64,000 nucleotides of DNA from a virus: IMG/VR virus record IMGVR_UViG_3300045988_073298; one strand, 5' to 3'. Made by a program: the position numbers and the translations under genes. The notes under the pieces are model-generated. The model did no database searches. It was given only the letters and a program-made list of their open reading frames with translations, and was not told where the DNA came from. Of this stretch, positions 1-9,418 are shown piece by piece (position 1 is the first letter of the stretch; each line of letters starts with the position of its first letter).

Positions 1-90
1 TCTTTTTTCATAGGTAATAATTTTGTATTTCAAAAGGAAATAGTACGAAGTCGTCTAAAGAGGTACCTAATCCAAGGTTACTAGTTTCAG

Positions 91-210
91 CTTTATATAT
101 AAAGTCTTATATATAAGTCCAAACACTGCCTTGAAATATATAGATATATAATATACTACGTATATATATCTATATATTTATCTGCGTATATATAGCTATT
201 CATATATCAT
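91..210. repeat. cluster of short (TA)n-cored palindromes in a non-coding AT-rich region
   Basis: Read directly. CTTTATATATAAAG (91-104) and CTTATATATAAG (106-117) are self-complementary. Further TATATA blocks follow every 10-20 nt up to about 210. No ORF covers this stretch. Confidence 0.8.
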
Positions 211-221
211 ATCGTAAGTAG

Positions 222-229
222 TATATTTG
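222..229 (+). promoter_or_regulatory. candidate Bacteroidota-type -7 promoter box TATATTTG (fits TAnnTTTG)
   Basis: Exact TAnnTTTG match about 100 nt upstream of the first + strand ORF. The same octamer forms the core of the two 20-nt promoter copies at 38128-38147(-) and 61922-61941(+). A short motif in AT-rich DNA is weak evidence on its own. Confidence 0.3.
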
Positions 230-255
230 GATATTATCTCACTTCGTTCGATAAA

Positions 256-276
256 GGTAATCGCTAAGCGATTACC
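256..276. repeat. perfect 10-bp inverted repeat GGTAATCGCT-A-AGCGATTACC
   Basis: 256-265 is the exact reverse complement of 267-276, with a 1-nt spacer. It lies between the candidate promoter box and the ORF at 326. It could be an operator, a leader hairpin or a packaging/replication site. The function cannot be determined from sequence. Confidence 0.9.
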
Positions 277-325
277 GAATAGATAGTATCCTTAGCGTGT
301 ACGAACTTTCCTAAAATTTTGAACC

Positions 326-937
326 ATGAAGAATTTAAAGAATGCCTTGTTTATTGTACTTCTAGGATTTACTATTTACCTTTGCTTCAGGAATTATAAA
401 CTTTCTCGAGAGGTTGATTCCTTGGAACAAGCGGTCAATGAAATCCCAGATACAGTTTACAAAGACAAACCATTCAAACCAGAGAAGAAGTACTCTGAAG
501 GAAAAGAACCAGATAGAATCTTAGTTTACGATGATAGGCAGTCAACTCTCTTTCCTGATTCCATGCCAAGACAGCCAGTTATCAGTAAACAAGATTCACT
601 GGTTCAGATCGTATTAAAGAAGAATCGGTTGAACTTAAGTCTATTCAATCAACAGACTGAAACTTATTCTACTAGACTATTCAATATCAATCTGGATAAG
701 TACAACTATAACTGGTATGAAGGTCAATTAACTCGAAAGAAAGTTGCAAGGTTATCACTTAACCCTTACGTTTACGGTAAGTATAGACCTTTCAATAATC
801 TCTTCGATATGGGAGCTGGTCTTTCAATCAAGACTAAGAGATTTAATTACAAACTCGGAGTCAATACCTTTTACTACCCGAAGATAAAATCCGGAATTGG
901 TACTGACATCGAATTTCAAATAACGTATAACTTTTAA
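326..937 (+). CDS. hypothetical membrane-anchored protein with a beta-rich C-terminus
   Basis: 203 aa. N-terminal hydrophobic helix 'ALFIVLLGFTIYLCF'. The C-terminal third has alternating aromatic/hydrophilic strands and ends in '...DIEFQITYNF' (terminal Phe). The stop is 2 nt before the terL start. Confidence 0.55.
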   Translation: MKNLKNALFIVLLGFTIYLCFRNYKLSREVDSLEQAVNEIPDTVYKDKPFKPEKKYSEGKEPDRILVYDDRQSTLFPDSMPRQPVISKQDSLVQIVLKKNRLNLSLFNQQTETYSTRLFNINLDKYNYNWYEGQLTRKKVARLSLNPYVYGKYRPFNNLFDMGAGLSIKTKRFNYKLGVNTFYYPKIKSGIGTDIEFQITYNF

Positions 938-939
938 GT

Positions 940-2442
940 ATGGCAAAGACTATCTCAGAAACTAGAACTACTTTAACTCGAGAGGAGCTATCAAACCTTT
1001 CAAGAGTTACGGTAGATGTTTTCTTTTTCAGTCTTTTCTGTTATGTGATACACCCAGTGAGGGGAAAGGTAAGATTTGAATTATATCCATTTCAAAAATC
1101 GGTTCTGTATAACTTTATTGCCCAACGATTCAATATCATTCTCAAGTTCCGTCAGGCAGGTATTACAGAACTAATTTCAATGTACTGTCTTTGGTTAGCG
1201 ATGTATCATCCTAACAAGAAGATAAACATTATTTCTATCAAAGATACAACGGCAAAGAAGGTTCTTAAAAAGATTAAGTTCATGTATAAGAATCTCCCAT
1301 GGTATCTTCAAACTCCCATTATAAACGGTAGAGCTGGTGAATACGGTTCTGCATCAATGATAGAATTTGATAATGGGTCTTTTATTGAATCAATTCCGAC
1401 ATCATCCGAAGCCGGTCGTTCGGAATCCCTTTCCCTTCTGGTAATTGACGAGGCAGCAGTAGTTAGATGGGCTGCTCAAATTTGGGCTGCTGCTTTTCCT
1501 ACTCTTTCCACTGGTGGAGCTGCTATCGTCAATTCCACTCCTTATGGAGTCGGTAACTTCTATCATTCAACTTGGGTAGATGCCATTGCTGGAGGTAACC
1601 CCTTCAATCCAATTAGATTATACTGGCAGATGCACCCGGAACGAGATATCAATTGGTATAATCAGATGTCTTCTGCCTTGGGAGCAAAACGAACCGCACA
1701 GGAAATAGATGGTGACTTCTTATCATCTGGTAATACAGTCTTCGATTTAGCTGATATTAAGGCTATCGAAGACTGCCTTAGTGATTACCCAGTTATTAAG
1801 AAAAGGTTTAATGGTCAATACAGACAATTTTGTGAACCTGACCCAGATAAAGAATATTTTATTGGTGCAGACGTTGCCACTGGTAGAGCTTCTGACTACT
1901 CATCATTTACCGTTATGGATAAACCTGGAGAAGAACAGGCCATATATAAAGGGAGAATGGCAGTTGGAGCTTATGCTAAGTTACTTGGGGACACCGGTCA
2001 ATTATATAATTGGGCTATAATAGCTCCGGAATCTAATGACGTGGGTTTGGCAGTAACTTCTAAACTTCAAGATGAAGGTTATCCAAAGCTGTACTACTAC
2101 CAAAAAATGCTCAAGAAAAAGGGCAAAAGTAGACCAGAAATGGACCAATCTCCTGGTTGGTTAACTACTCAAAAGAATCGTTCAGTGATAATAGAAAACT
2201 TGGAAGAAGATATTAGAAATGATAACGTAATCATAAAGGACCCATTTTTTGTTCAAGAAGCTTATACTTTCATTTATGATGGTTTAGGTAGGCCTGTTGC
2301 AATGGGTAAACATAGAGCAAATAATTCTGCTGTTGATGTAGACCTTGAAGGAGACGTATACTCAGATGATGATATATTTGGAAAAGCTATATGCAATCAC
2401 ATAAGGAAAGGAAAAACTAACGTAATCGTACAACCAAGATGA
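940..2442 (+). CDS. terL: terminase large subunit
   Basis: 500 aa. ATPase motifs 'KFRQAGITELIS' (Walker A-like) and 'SLLVIDEAAVV' (Walker B), followed by a nuclease-sized C-terminal half. Its stop overlaps the start of the portal gene. Confidence 0.85.
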   Translation: MAKTISETRTTLTREELSNLSRVTVDVFFFSLFCYVIHPVRGKVRFELYPFQKSVLYNFIAQRFNIILKFRQAGITELISMYCLWLAMYHPNKKINIISIKDTTAKKVLKKIKFMYKNLPWYLQTPIINGRAGEYGSASMIEFDNGSFIESIPTSSEAGRSESLSLLVIDEAAVVRWAAQIWAAAFPTLSTGGAAIVNSTPYGVGNFYHSTWVDAIAGGNPFNPIRLYWQMHPERDINWYNQMSSALGAKRTAQEIDGDFLSSGNTVFDLADIKAIEDCLSDYPVIKKRFNGQYRQFCEPDPDKEYFIGADVATGRASDYSSFTVMDKPGEEQAIYKGRMAVGAYAKLLGDTGQLYNWAIIAPESNDVGLAVTSKLQDEGYPKLYYYQKMLKKKGKSRPEMDQSPGWLTTQKNRSVIIENLEEDIRNDNVIIKDPFFVQEAYTFIYDGLGRPVAMGKHRANNSAVDVDLEGDVYSDDDIFGKAICNHIRKGKTNVIVQPR

Positions 2443-3929
2443 AAAAGTACTTCAATTTTAATTGGGTTTGGGGACGTAAGAAGGACCCTCCCAAAGATGG
2501 TACCTCCTCTAATAAAGAGCAAAAGCCTACCACTCCGATATCACCCGGTAGGGTTTCAGTTGACGATGATAGCGATAACTTAATCACATCATTACAGGGG
2601 TTGACTAAATTAGTCGAGCCCTCTTTTCGTGTTGATGTAATACCTTTAATCCGAGATTTATATAAAGTAAATCCGGATATGGGCATCGCATTACAAGATA
2701 TGTTTAAGTTAGCTAACACCAGTCATACAGTAACCTTTCCAAACAATACAGATGAAGAGGCTTCTAAGATGAGAGACCATCTTAAAAAGGCCACCAAGGG
2801 ATGGACCCGATATACTGCTGGTATAGATGGTTTAGTTAACAAAATGATTGTTCAACTTCTTGTAAGTGGAGCAATATCTGTAGAGGGAGTTCCCAATGAT
2901 AAACTAGATGGTTTGGCTACGGTATTATTCCTTAAACCTGAATACATCAAGTTTAAACGGGAATTAAATGGTGTGTATCACCCTTACCAAAAGAATCATA
3001 ATTACTGGAATAAGCAACAAGATTACATTAAGCTTAACCCAGAAACTTATTTCTATGTTGGTATGTTTAATGATACAGATGAACCTTATGGAGTCCCTCC
3101 ATTTATGCCTGCATTGGATTCTCTAAAAGGTCAAAATGATATGAAGATTAATTTCAAACATATCATGGAGATTTGCGGTATGGTTGGTTTTCTTGAAGCG
3201 AAAATGCAGAAATCACCACAAAGGTCTAACGAAAGTATAAATGCCTATGAATCTAGACTAAACCGAGAGCTTAATACTTTAAAACGTAATGTTAAGGATG
3301 GCATGAAGGATGGAGTTGTTGCAGGTTATATTGATGACCACGAATTTAAACTCAACTCTACTACTAAAGAGCTTGGTAATATCGAAAAGCCATGGAATAT
3401 GAATCAACAATCTGTGGCTAATGGTTTGGGAGTTAATGGCTCTATCATTGGAGTATCTGCTACTACTGGTGAAGGGGCAACGGGTATAATGCTGTCTAAG
3501 ATGATTAGCCAGTTAAAAAATATCCAAATGCTTGTAGCTTATGTATTAGATAGACTTTATTCTCTAGAACTGCGTCTGGCAGGCTTTAATAATAAGGGAA
3601 TGAAGATTGATTGGGGAACTTCTACAGTTTCTGATGAAGTTAAAATCCAACAGGGTCTTCAGTATAAGATACAGAACCTTGACTTACTGTATAAGGCTGG
3701 TATTATTAGCCAAGAACAGTATGCTTGGGCAATGGGCTATGATTCCCCGGATGAGAAAGAACCAAGAGTTTCATTGGAAGATCAATTTGCTAAAGGTGGT
3801 AATTCAGATCCTCAAGAGGGAACTAAAAAGAAACAAAGGCAGGATGATAAAAACCAATCTGCTCGTAGGTCAAGAGATAAGAATAACCCGGCTCCTTCTC
3901 GAGGAGACCAAAATACTAAACCAAGATGA
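2439..3929 (+). CDS. portal protein
   Basis: 496 aa, translationally coupled (ATGA overlaps) to terL upstream and to the protease/scaffold gene downstream. Size and position are canonical. The call rests on synteny, not on a motif. Confidence 0.7.
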   Translation: MKKYFNFNWVWGRKKDPPKDGTSSNKEQKPTTPISPGRVSVDDDSDNLITSLQGLTKLVEPSFRVDVIPLIRDLYKVNPDMGIALQDMFKLANTSHTVTFPNNTDEEASKMRDHLKKATKGWTRYTAGIDGLVNKMIVQLLVSGAISVEGVPNDKLDGLATVLFLKPEYIKFKRELNGVYHPYQKNHNYWNKQQDYIKLNPETYFYVGMFNDTDEPYGVPPFMPALDSLKGQNDMKINFKHIMEICGMVGFLEAKMQKSPQRSNESINAYESRLNRELNTLKRNVKDGMKDGVVAGYIDDHEFKLNSTTKELGNIEKPWNMNQQSVANGLGVNGSIIGVSATTGEGATGIMLSKMISQLKNIQMLVAYVLDRLYSLELRLAGFNNKGMKIDWGTSTVSDEVKIQQGLQYKIQNLDLLYKAGIISQEQYAWAMGYDSPDEKEPRVSLEDQFAKGGNSDPQEGTKKKQRQDDKNQSARRSRDKNNPAPSRGDQNTKPR

Positions 3930-5443
3930 GTAAATTTACAAAGAAAAACAAAGAGCATCTTGATTCTATGGTGATAGGTCAAGGCCATACCATTATGGCT
4001 GGTTATATACCAGAAGCAGTGGGAGCCCAGACTTTCTCAGAGAATTACTATAAATGGAAGAATCCTACACCGGACTCCATTGCTCAATTCGGATTTTGGG
4101 GAGGGGATATAGATTATAATACCTATTATCCTAACCTGGATAAATCGGAATTAACTCCTAAGGATGAAGAGTTCATTGAACCCATGTTCAGATTACTTTC
4201 GGAAACGATTGTATCTAAGAATTGGAATCCTACAGATTTTGGTCAAAATGGAGTATTGAAAGCTTCTATGAAAATGTTACTTGGTCAAACAGTAAACTGT
4301 GACCATGAAACTAACATAGGTAATGCTATCGGTGCTGTATCTCAGGTAATGTGGCAAGAGTCTTACAAAGATGGAAGCTTCACTATACCTGCAGGTATCA
4401 ACGGTATTCTGAAAATTGATGGTAAAGCCAATCCAAGGATTGCTAGAGGTATACTTATGGAACCACCATCAATTCACAGTAACTCGGTCACAGTACAATT
4501 CAAGTGGGATAAATCACATCCCCAAATGGAGGACAACGAATTCTATCAGAAACTCGGTACCTATGATTCTAAGGGAGTGATGGTACGTAGAATGGTTACT
4601 GAGATAGTTCGTTACCTGGAGACTTCATTGGTATCTCATGGAGCTGATTCTTTTGCTCAAAAAATCGGTTCTGATGGTAAGATTATTAATCCTACTTTTG
4701 CTAAAAGAACTTGGGCATCTTATGAAGAATATAGAGACGATAAATCGAAGCAATACTTCTTTACCGATTATAAATCTGACCTAACTTCTTATCAAGAAAA
4801 GGACGATACTCAAGGTTCTTTTAATGATAATGATGCCAAGGATAATCAATCAAACGAAAAAAATAGTATGAACGAATTAGAAAAATTTCTAGAGAGCCTC
4901 TTCGGGGATAATCTGCTTACCCTTGAGGAAGGTAAAGAAATGAATCAGGAAACAGTAGTTGCCTGTATTCAAAGTTTGGTATCATCCAGAAATGAACTGC
5001 AAACTTCAGTAGATAACCTTACTACAGAGAAGAATTCTCTTACGGAACAGGTTACTAACTTGAATGCAGAAGTGGCTAATCTGAAAGAGATGGCAACTGT
5101 AGGAAAGAATCACATTGCTTCTCTCCGTGAAGATGCAGTAGCAACTTACAAAAAATTGATGGGTGATAATGCTGATGAAACCATTGTTACAATGCTTAAT
5201 GCAGAAACAACTGGTATTACTACTCTTATTTCCTTGACTAAGGATTACCAAGCTCGCTTGGAAGAGAAGTTCCCTCTCACCTGCTCTAAGTGTGGTTCTA
5301 AGGATGTTAACCGTGCATCTTCAGTAACTGAAGATGATACTCAAGGTAAAGAAACTACCGACGGTACAAATACAACCAAGAATTCCGAATCACCGAGTAC
5401 TAAGAATGTGATCGATAATTTGTATCGAAACAAAATTAAATAA
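3926..5443 (+). CDS. putative prohead protease / scaffolding protein
   Basis: 505 aa between portal and capsid genes. The C-terminal third is coiled-coil-like ('ELQTSVDNLTTEKNSLTEQVTNLNAEVANLKE') and acidic/Ser-Thr rich, as in scaffolds. No catalytic residues were identified with confidence. Confidence 0.45.
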   Translation: MSKFTKKNKEHLDSMVIGQGHTIMAGYIPEAVGAQTFSENYYKWKNPTPDSIAQFGFWGGDIDYNTYYPNLDKSELTPKDEEFIEPMFRLLSETIVSKNWNPTDFGQNGVLKASMKMLLGQTVNCDHETNIGNAIGAVSQVMWQESYKDGSFTIPAGINGILKIDGKANPRIARGILMEPPSIHSNSVTVQFKWDKSHPQMEDNEFYQKLGTYDSKGVMVRRMVTEIVRYLETSLVSHGADSFAQKIGSDGKIINPTFAKRTWASYEEYRDDKSKQYFFTDYKSDLTSYQEKDDTQGSFNDNDAKDNQSNEKNSMNELEKFLESLFGDNLLTLEEGKEMNQETVVACIQSLVSSRNELQTSVDNLTTEKNSLTEQVTNLNAEVANLKEMATVGKNHIASLREDAVATYKKLMGDNADETIVTMLNAETTGITTLISLTKDYQARLEEKFPLTCSKCGSKDVNRASSVTEDDTQGKETTDGTNTTKNSESPSTKNVIDNLYRNKIK

Positions 5444-5466
5444 GTTATTATATAAATATCCGCATT

Positions 5467-5937
5467 ATGGAAACAACGAAAATCGTAAACGATCCTCAGC
5501 AACTTACTCTCTTTGGGGAAAGAACTCCGAGAGCAGTGATTTACAAGAGTGAATCCCACAAATTGCATCAGGCTTTCAATGTTAAAGCTGGAGAGAAAAT
5601 TGTACAAGGTATGCCGGTAGCTTTAAATGAAGATGGTTTGATCTACCCTTGTACTGATCCGTCTACTCAAGTTTACTTGGGTGTGGCAGTAACGGATAAC
5701 GTTAACCCGGCTTATCAGCCTCAAAGAAACTTCCCAGTAGAAGTAACCGTGGCTGTAGAAGGTTATATGATTTGTAACTGGGTATCAAACGGAACTATCG
5801 AAGCTGGCTATGTAACTCCCGATGGGGCATTGCTTAACGACCGTTTCGTTAAGGCTAACCAAGGTATTTCAACTCCGTTCATTGCCCTTAATCCTGCAGA
5901 AGAGGCAAATGAGGTAATCCAAGTACTCATTAAATAA
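5467..5937 (+). CDS. putative head decoration/cement protein (DUF2190-like pattern)
   Basis: 156 aa immediately upstream of the capsid gene. The pattern 'AGEKIVQGMPVAL...GVAVTDNV...VEVTVAVEGYMI...IEAGYVTP' resembles small beta-rich decoration proteins. Judged by eye only. Confidence 0.45.
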   Translation: METTKIVNDPQQLTLFGERTPRAVIYKSESHKLHQAFNVKAGEKIVQGMPVALNEDGLIYPCTDPSTQVYLGVAVTDNVNPAYQPQRNFPVEVTVAVEGYMICNWVSNGTIEAGYVTPDGALLNDRFVKANQGISTPFIALNPAEEANEVIQVLIK

Positions 5938-5951
5938 GAGAAAAGAAAGTT

Positions 5952-7073
5952 ATGGAAAATAAGATTGATATTACAAAAATGAAGGCTCAGGACTTTATGA
6001 ATGAGCTGCCGGAAATGGTAAGAAGCTTGGAAGCTGTTCGTTCCGGTTCACAGGATAAGAAGCCTGTAGAAGTAACCTTTGAAGAATTGGTTACAGGTAA
6101 ATGGGGGATTTCACAGGATGAACTCTTCGAAAAGATGGGCATCAATCCAAAAGTTGATACCATGCAGAACATCTTTACTATGCCTCAGCAGAATATCCGT
6201 TGGATTGTTCCGGAAATTATCCGTGCTGCTATCACTCTGGGTATGCGACAGGCACCATTCTATCCGAACATCATCGCATCTGACCAATCAATCAATGGTT
6301 TGCAAGCGATCATGCCGATGGTTAATATGTCTGATGCTGCTCCTGCAAAGGTTAACGAAGCAGAAACTATCCCCTTGGGTGATGTTAGCTTCGGACAGAA
6401 ATCAGTTAGCCTCTTCAAAATCGGAAAAGGTTTCAAACTTACTGATGAAGTTCGTAACTATGTTTCGCTTGATGTCTTGGGAATCTATCTTCGTGACTTC
6501 GGTGTTCAGTTGGGTTATGCTCTGGATACTCTGGCTATGGACGTGGCTATTAATGGTAACAACCCTGATGGTTCTGAGTCAGCCCCAGTAATTGGTGTAT
6601 ACGAAACAACCAATGGCATTACTTATAAAGATCTGTTGCATATCTGGGTACGTGCTGCTCGTATGGGACGTAACTTTACTACTATGATTGGTGGTGAAGA
6701 CCAGGCAATTGAAATGCTGAATTTACCCGAATTCAAAGACCGTCACTCTGGTACAACAGAAGCTACACTGAATGTGAAGTCTCCGGTTCCCAAGAATGCT
6801 GACTTCTATATTCACCCGGGAACACCTGACCAACAGCTGTTGTTGATTGATACATCTGCTGCCTTGATTAAGCTTACCGCTCGTCAATTGATGTTGGAAT
6901 CTGAAAGAATCGTTTCTAACCAAACCGAGGCTGTTTATGCAAGCTTAACTACTGGCTTCTCCAAGATGTACCAAGATGCTGCTCTGTTGCTGGCTGCAGA
7001 TAAGAAGTTCTCCGAATTCGGATTCCCAGAATTCATGAACGTAGATCCTTACCTGATGGTTAATCTTGAATAA
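5952..7073 (+). CDS. major capsid protein
   Basis: 373 aa in the canonical position after scaffold/decoration genes. It is followed by a hairpin terminator (7104-7140), typical of highly expressed capsid genes. Confidence 0.75.
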   Translation: MENKIDITKMKAQDFMNELPEMVRSLEAVRSGSQDKKPVEVTFEELVTGKWGISQDELFEKMGINPKVDTMQNIFTMPQQNIRWIVPEIIRAAITLGMRQAPFYPNIIASDQSINGLQAIMPMVNMSDAAPAKVNEAETIPLGDVSFGQKSVSLFKIGKGFKLTDEVRNYVSLDVLGIYLRDFGVQLGYALDTLAMDVAINGNNPDGSESAPVIGVYETTNGITYKDLLHIWVRAARMGRNFTTMIGGEDQAIEMLNLPEFKDRHSGTTEATLNVKSPVPKNADFYIHPGTPDQQLLLIDTSAALIKLTARQLMLESERIVSNQTEAVYASLTTGFSKMYQDAALLLAADKKFSEFGFPEFMNVDPYLMVNLE

Positions 7074-7103
7074 GAACGTCCGGTTTCATCTATATAAATT
7101 CCC

Positions 7104-7140
7104 AGAGAGGGTGGGTAACTAAAAAACCCATCCCCTCTTT
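7104..7140 (+). terminator. hairpin terminator after the capsid gene
   Basis: AGAGAGGGTGGGT-aactaaaaa-ACCCATCCCCTCTTT. GC-rich stem with one bulge, followed by T residues, 30 nt after the stop codon. Confidence 0.6.
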
Positions 7141-7169
7141 AATCATTTTTTATTTTAATCTTAGGAAAT

Positions 7170-7571
7170 ATGGCTAAAGATAAATATATATTAACTGTGG
7201 GACCAAGAGCTTACAGTTTTCATGACCAATCAACTGGTATTACCATTTGTAGAGGAGAAGAAAAAGAACTCACTCGTCGTCAATTCCGTACACCGAAAAT
7301 TCAGAAGGCTGTTGCTTCGGGTCATCTGATTATTATTGCCGATAAATCGGAAATCGAAAAGTATTCAGAGGCTGATATCGAAAAGTTGGACAAGAGGTTA
7401 AATGCCCAGTTTAAAAAAGGCATGACTTTGGAAAAGCTTTCAAAGGGATATTCTCTTGAAGAACTGAAGCTGGTAGCTGGTTTACATGAAATCGTTGCCG
7501 AGAAAGATGATACAGTAGAAACACTTCTCCAGGCTTTGCTGGAAGAATTTGAATCTTCTTCTAAAGGTTAA
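7170..7571 (+). CDS. hypothetical protein (head module)
   Basis: 133-aa ORF with the same strand and packing as its neighbours. No motif recognised. Confidence 0.55.
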   Translation: MAKDKYILTVGPRAYSFHDQSTGITICRGEEKELTRRQFRTPKIQKAVASGHLIIIADKSEIEKYSEADIEKLDKRLNAQFKKGMTLEKLSKGYSLEELKLVAGLHEIVAEKDDTVETLLQALLEEFESSSKG

Positions 7572-7598
7572 TATGAAAATTACATAAGACAGACTAAT

Positions 7599-8495
7599 AT
7601 GAAAAATAATCTGGACTTTTTGTACGTTACGTCAGGTCTGGAAGTTTCATTCAGAGTCATATCCAAAGTCCCGGCCAAATCTATTTTTGACTGGGACTTT
7701 GGCGATGATAAGGGAGAGGTTTTCAATGGTGGAAGACATGTTTCCTATTCTTATGAAGCTCCCGGTTTCTATACAGTAACCCTACATGTAACTAACTCGA
7801 ATGGTTTAGATATCACCGTAGATAAGACTCTGGTAGTTTGTGATTATGGGCATACGGCATTAGCCGATACAATATATAATTTAATTGACCATTATATACC
7901 ATCAGAAATCTCCGATGGTATGACACGAGAGGATAAATCCATCTACATCACCAAGTGGCAATATTATATTGGACCTCTAGTAAATCATACAATTCCACTA
8001 GATAAATATACTGACGAATTATGGTATGAAGCACTAGAAAACCAATTAATAATGGAATTGGCAGCATGGGATTTTCTTAATGTGAAGATACTTAACTTAT
8101 TAACGAGTACTTCTGAATATTTAAGTCAATTAACTTCTACCAAAGAACAAACCGGTGATGGTACCTCTAAACCTGAACTTGCCCGGGGTGATAGAATTAA
8201 ACAAATCACTACTGGGCCTACTGAAGTGCAATATTATGATACCCTGGCAGATGCTACAAGTTCCCTATGGAAAACACTCTCTCAAGCAATGCAACCTGGT
8301 GGATTAATAGATGAATTAAGAAAGAACCTTTGTATGTTAGCTTCACGGTTGGAAATCTACTTACCGTTCTGCGATGAAGTATTCAGAACTGTAACACCCA
8401 GAGTAGTTAACAGAAGAAAACCTGGTGTATTGGATGGACCAAACCCAAGTGCACCAGTGAAAGGTGGTAATGATTCAATTTTAACTAAGTTATGA
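7599..8495 (+). CDS. PKD-domain-containing virion protein (possible head-tail adaptor)
   Basis: The N-terminal 'FDWDFGDDKGEVFNGGRHVSYSYEAPGFYTVTLHVTNSNGL' matches the classic PKD signature (WDFGDG...H.Y...G.Y.V.L.V.N). The helical C-terminal half sits in the connector region of the module. Confidence 0.65.
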   Translation: MKNNLDFLYVTSGLEVSFRVISKVPAKSIFDWDFGDDKGEVFNGGRHVSYSYEAPGFYTVTLHVTNSNGLDITVDKTLVVCDYGHTALADTIYNLIDHYIPSEISDGMTREDKSIYITKWQYYIGPLVNHTIPLDKYTDELWYEALENQLIMELAAWDFLNVKILNLLTSTSEYLSQLTSTKEQTGDGTSKPELARGDRIKQITTGPTEVQYYDTLADATSSLWKTLSQAMQPGGLIDELRKNLCMLASRLEIYLPFCDEVFRTVTPRVVNRRKPGVLDGPNPSAPVKGGNDSILTKL

Positions 8496-8968
8496 CAAAA
8501 GAGCCCTGGAGAATGGTAAAGAACCGCTCTTGGGATAGATACAAGAAAATTATCACTGATTTCTTAGATTGGGATGCTGGTAGACAAACCATAACTTGGG
8601 CTAAAAATGTTAACCAACTCCTCAGTCATGCCGAAGATAGTATACCCAAATATTATAACATCCAAATCGAAGCATTATGTTATTACAATGCTTTCAGAAA
8701 CTGGCCAATCAATAAGGCTACTATAACTGGTGAATTGGATGATGAAAACTTATCAATACTAATTTCTAAATCTTATATAGAACAAATCGGTTATCTTACA
8801 CCGGAAGGCTATTGGGATTTTAATTGGGAACAAGATAGGTTTGTAATTAATGGTATAACGTATAAACCTTCTGGTGATACTCAAACTGCTCAGGCAAAGG
8901 ATGAGGCTCTAGTTTTCATGGTTATCCTAAAGAGAGACCGAGATACCAAAATTGAATTTGTAGAATAA
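8492..8968 (+). CDS. hypothetical head-tail joining region protein
   Basis: 158 aa, ATGA-coupled to the upstream gene. Called from position only. Confidence 0.5.
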   Translation: MTKEPWRMVKNRSWDRYKKIITDFLDWDAGRQTITWAKNVNQLLSHAEDSIPKYYNIQIEALCYYNAFRNWPINKATITGELDDENLSILISKSYIEQIGYLTPEGYWDFNWEQDRFVINGITYKPSGDTQTAQAKDEALVFMVILKRDRDTKIEFVE

Positions 8969-8980
8969 AACATTAAATGT

Positions 8981-9406
8981 ATGGCAAAGATGTTAGTACT
9001 GAGGTGGACTCCAATTACTACTTCTAGTGGAATCTGGTTTGATAGTAATTTGGTTATCCTTAATGGTACATCTGGAGTTCATATTGAAATGAAAGGTAAT
9101 GGCAATGATGTAACGGCATTTCAATCAATGACCGGAAACAAATTTGTCACCTGCTTTCAAGATTACTTCGGTGATATCTGGGATAAAATAATACCTCATC
9201 CTGGTATAGGCCAGGTAATAAAATTCCGTGTAAATAGACTCCCGGATTATGCTTGCATAAGGGGAGATATTGAAGATGGTGGAGATGTAGACCCCGAAAA
9301 TCCGGATGTACCAATGAATGCCTTCTGTGGTTCAGAAGGAGAACCATTTAGGGATATCGATTCGGAATTCTTATTGGGTCGTCAACGTGCAGTAATTAAT
9401 CCTTAA
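8981..9406 (+). CDS. hypothetical head-tail joining region protein
   Basis: 141 aa. Called from position only. Confidence 0.5.
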   Translation: MAKMLVLRWTPITTSSGIWFDSNLVILNGTSGVHIEMKGNGNDVTAFQSMTGNKFVTCFQDYFGDIWDKIIPHPGIGQVIKFRVNRLPDYACIRGDIEDGGDVDPENPDVPMNAFCGSEGEPFRDIDSEFLLGRQRAVINP

Positions 9407-9418
9407 ATTTTATAAAAT

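Noticed and set aside
1-11. Possible start of a leftward (minus-strand) gene: the reverse complement reads ATGAAAAAAGA
   Set aside because: Only 11 nt are visible, so it cannot be distinguished from chance. Mentioned only as context for the divergent intergenic region.
2417-2719. 100-aa minus-strand ORF across the terminase/portal junction, and the many 60-125-aa antisense ORFs inside the fibre, tape measure and polymerase genes
   Set aside because: All are antisense to well-supported long genes, lack motifs and have the repetitive composition expected from the complementary strand of repeat-rich coding DNA.
5451-5458. T4-like late promoter boxes TATAAATA (also at 38121-38128 and about 38268-38275; near matches at 7091 and 21286)
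   Set aside because: The octamer is expected several times by chance in DNA this AT-rich. The copies sit at inconsistent distances from start codons (9 nt in one case), and one lies inside a coding start region. There is not enough evidence to call a late promoter consensus.
6079-6591. 170-aa alternative-frame ORF inside the major capsid gene
   Set aside because: Same reasoning. It is embedded in a strongly supported structural gene, the sequence is Leu/Ser/Trp-rich and nonsense-like, and there is no independent start context.
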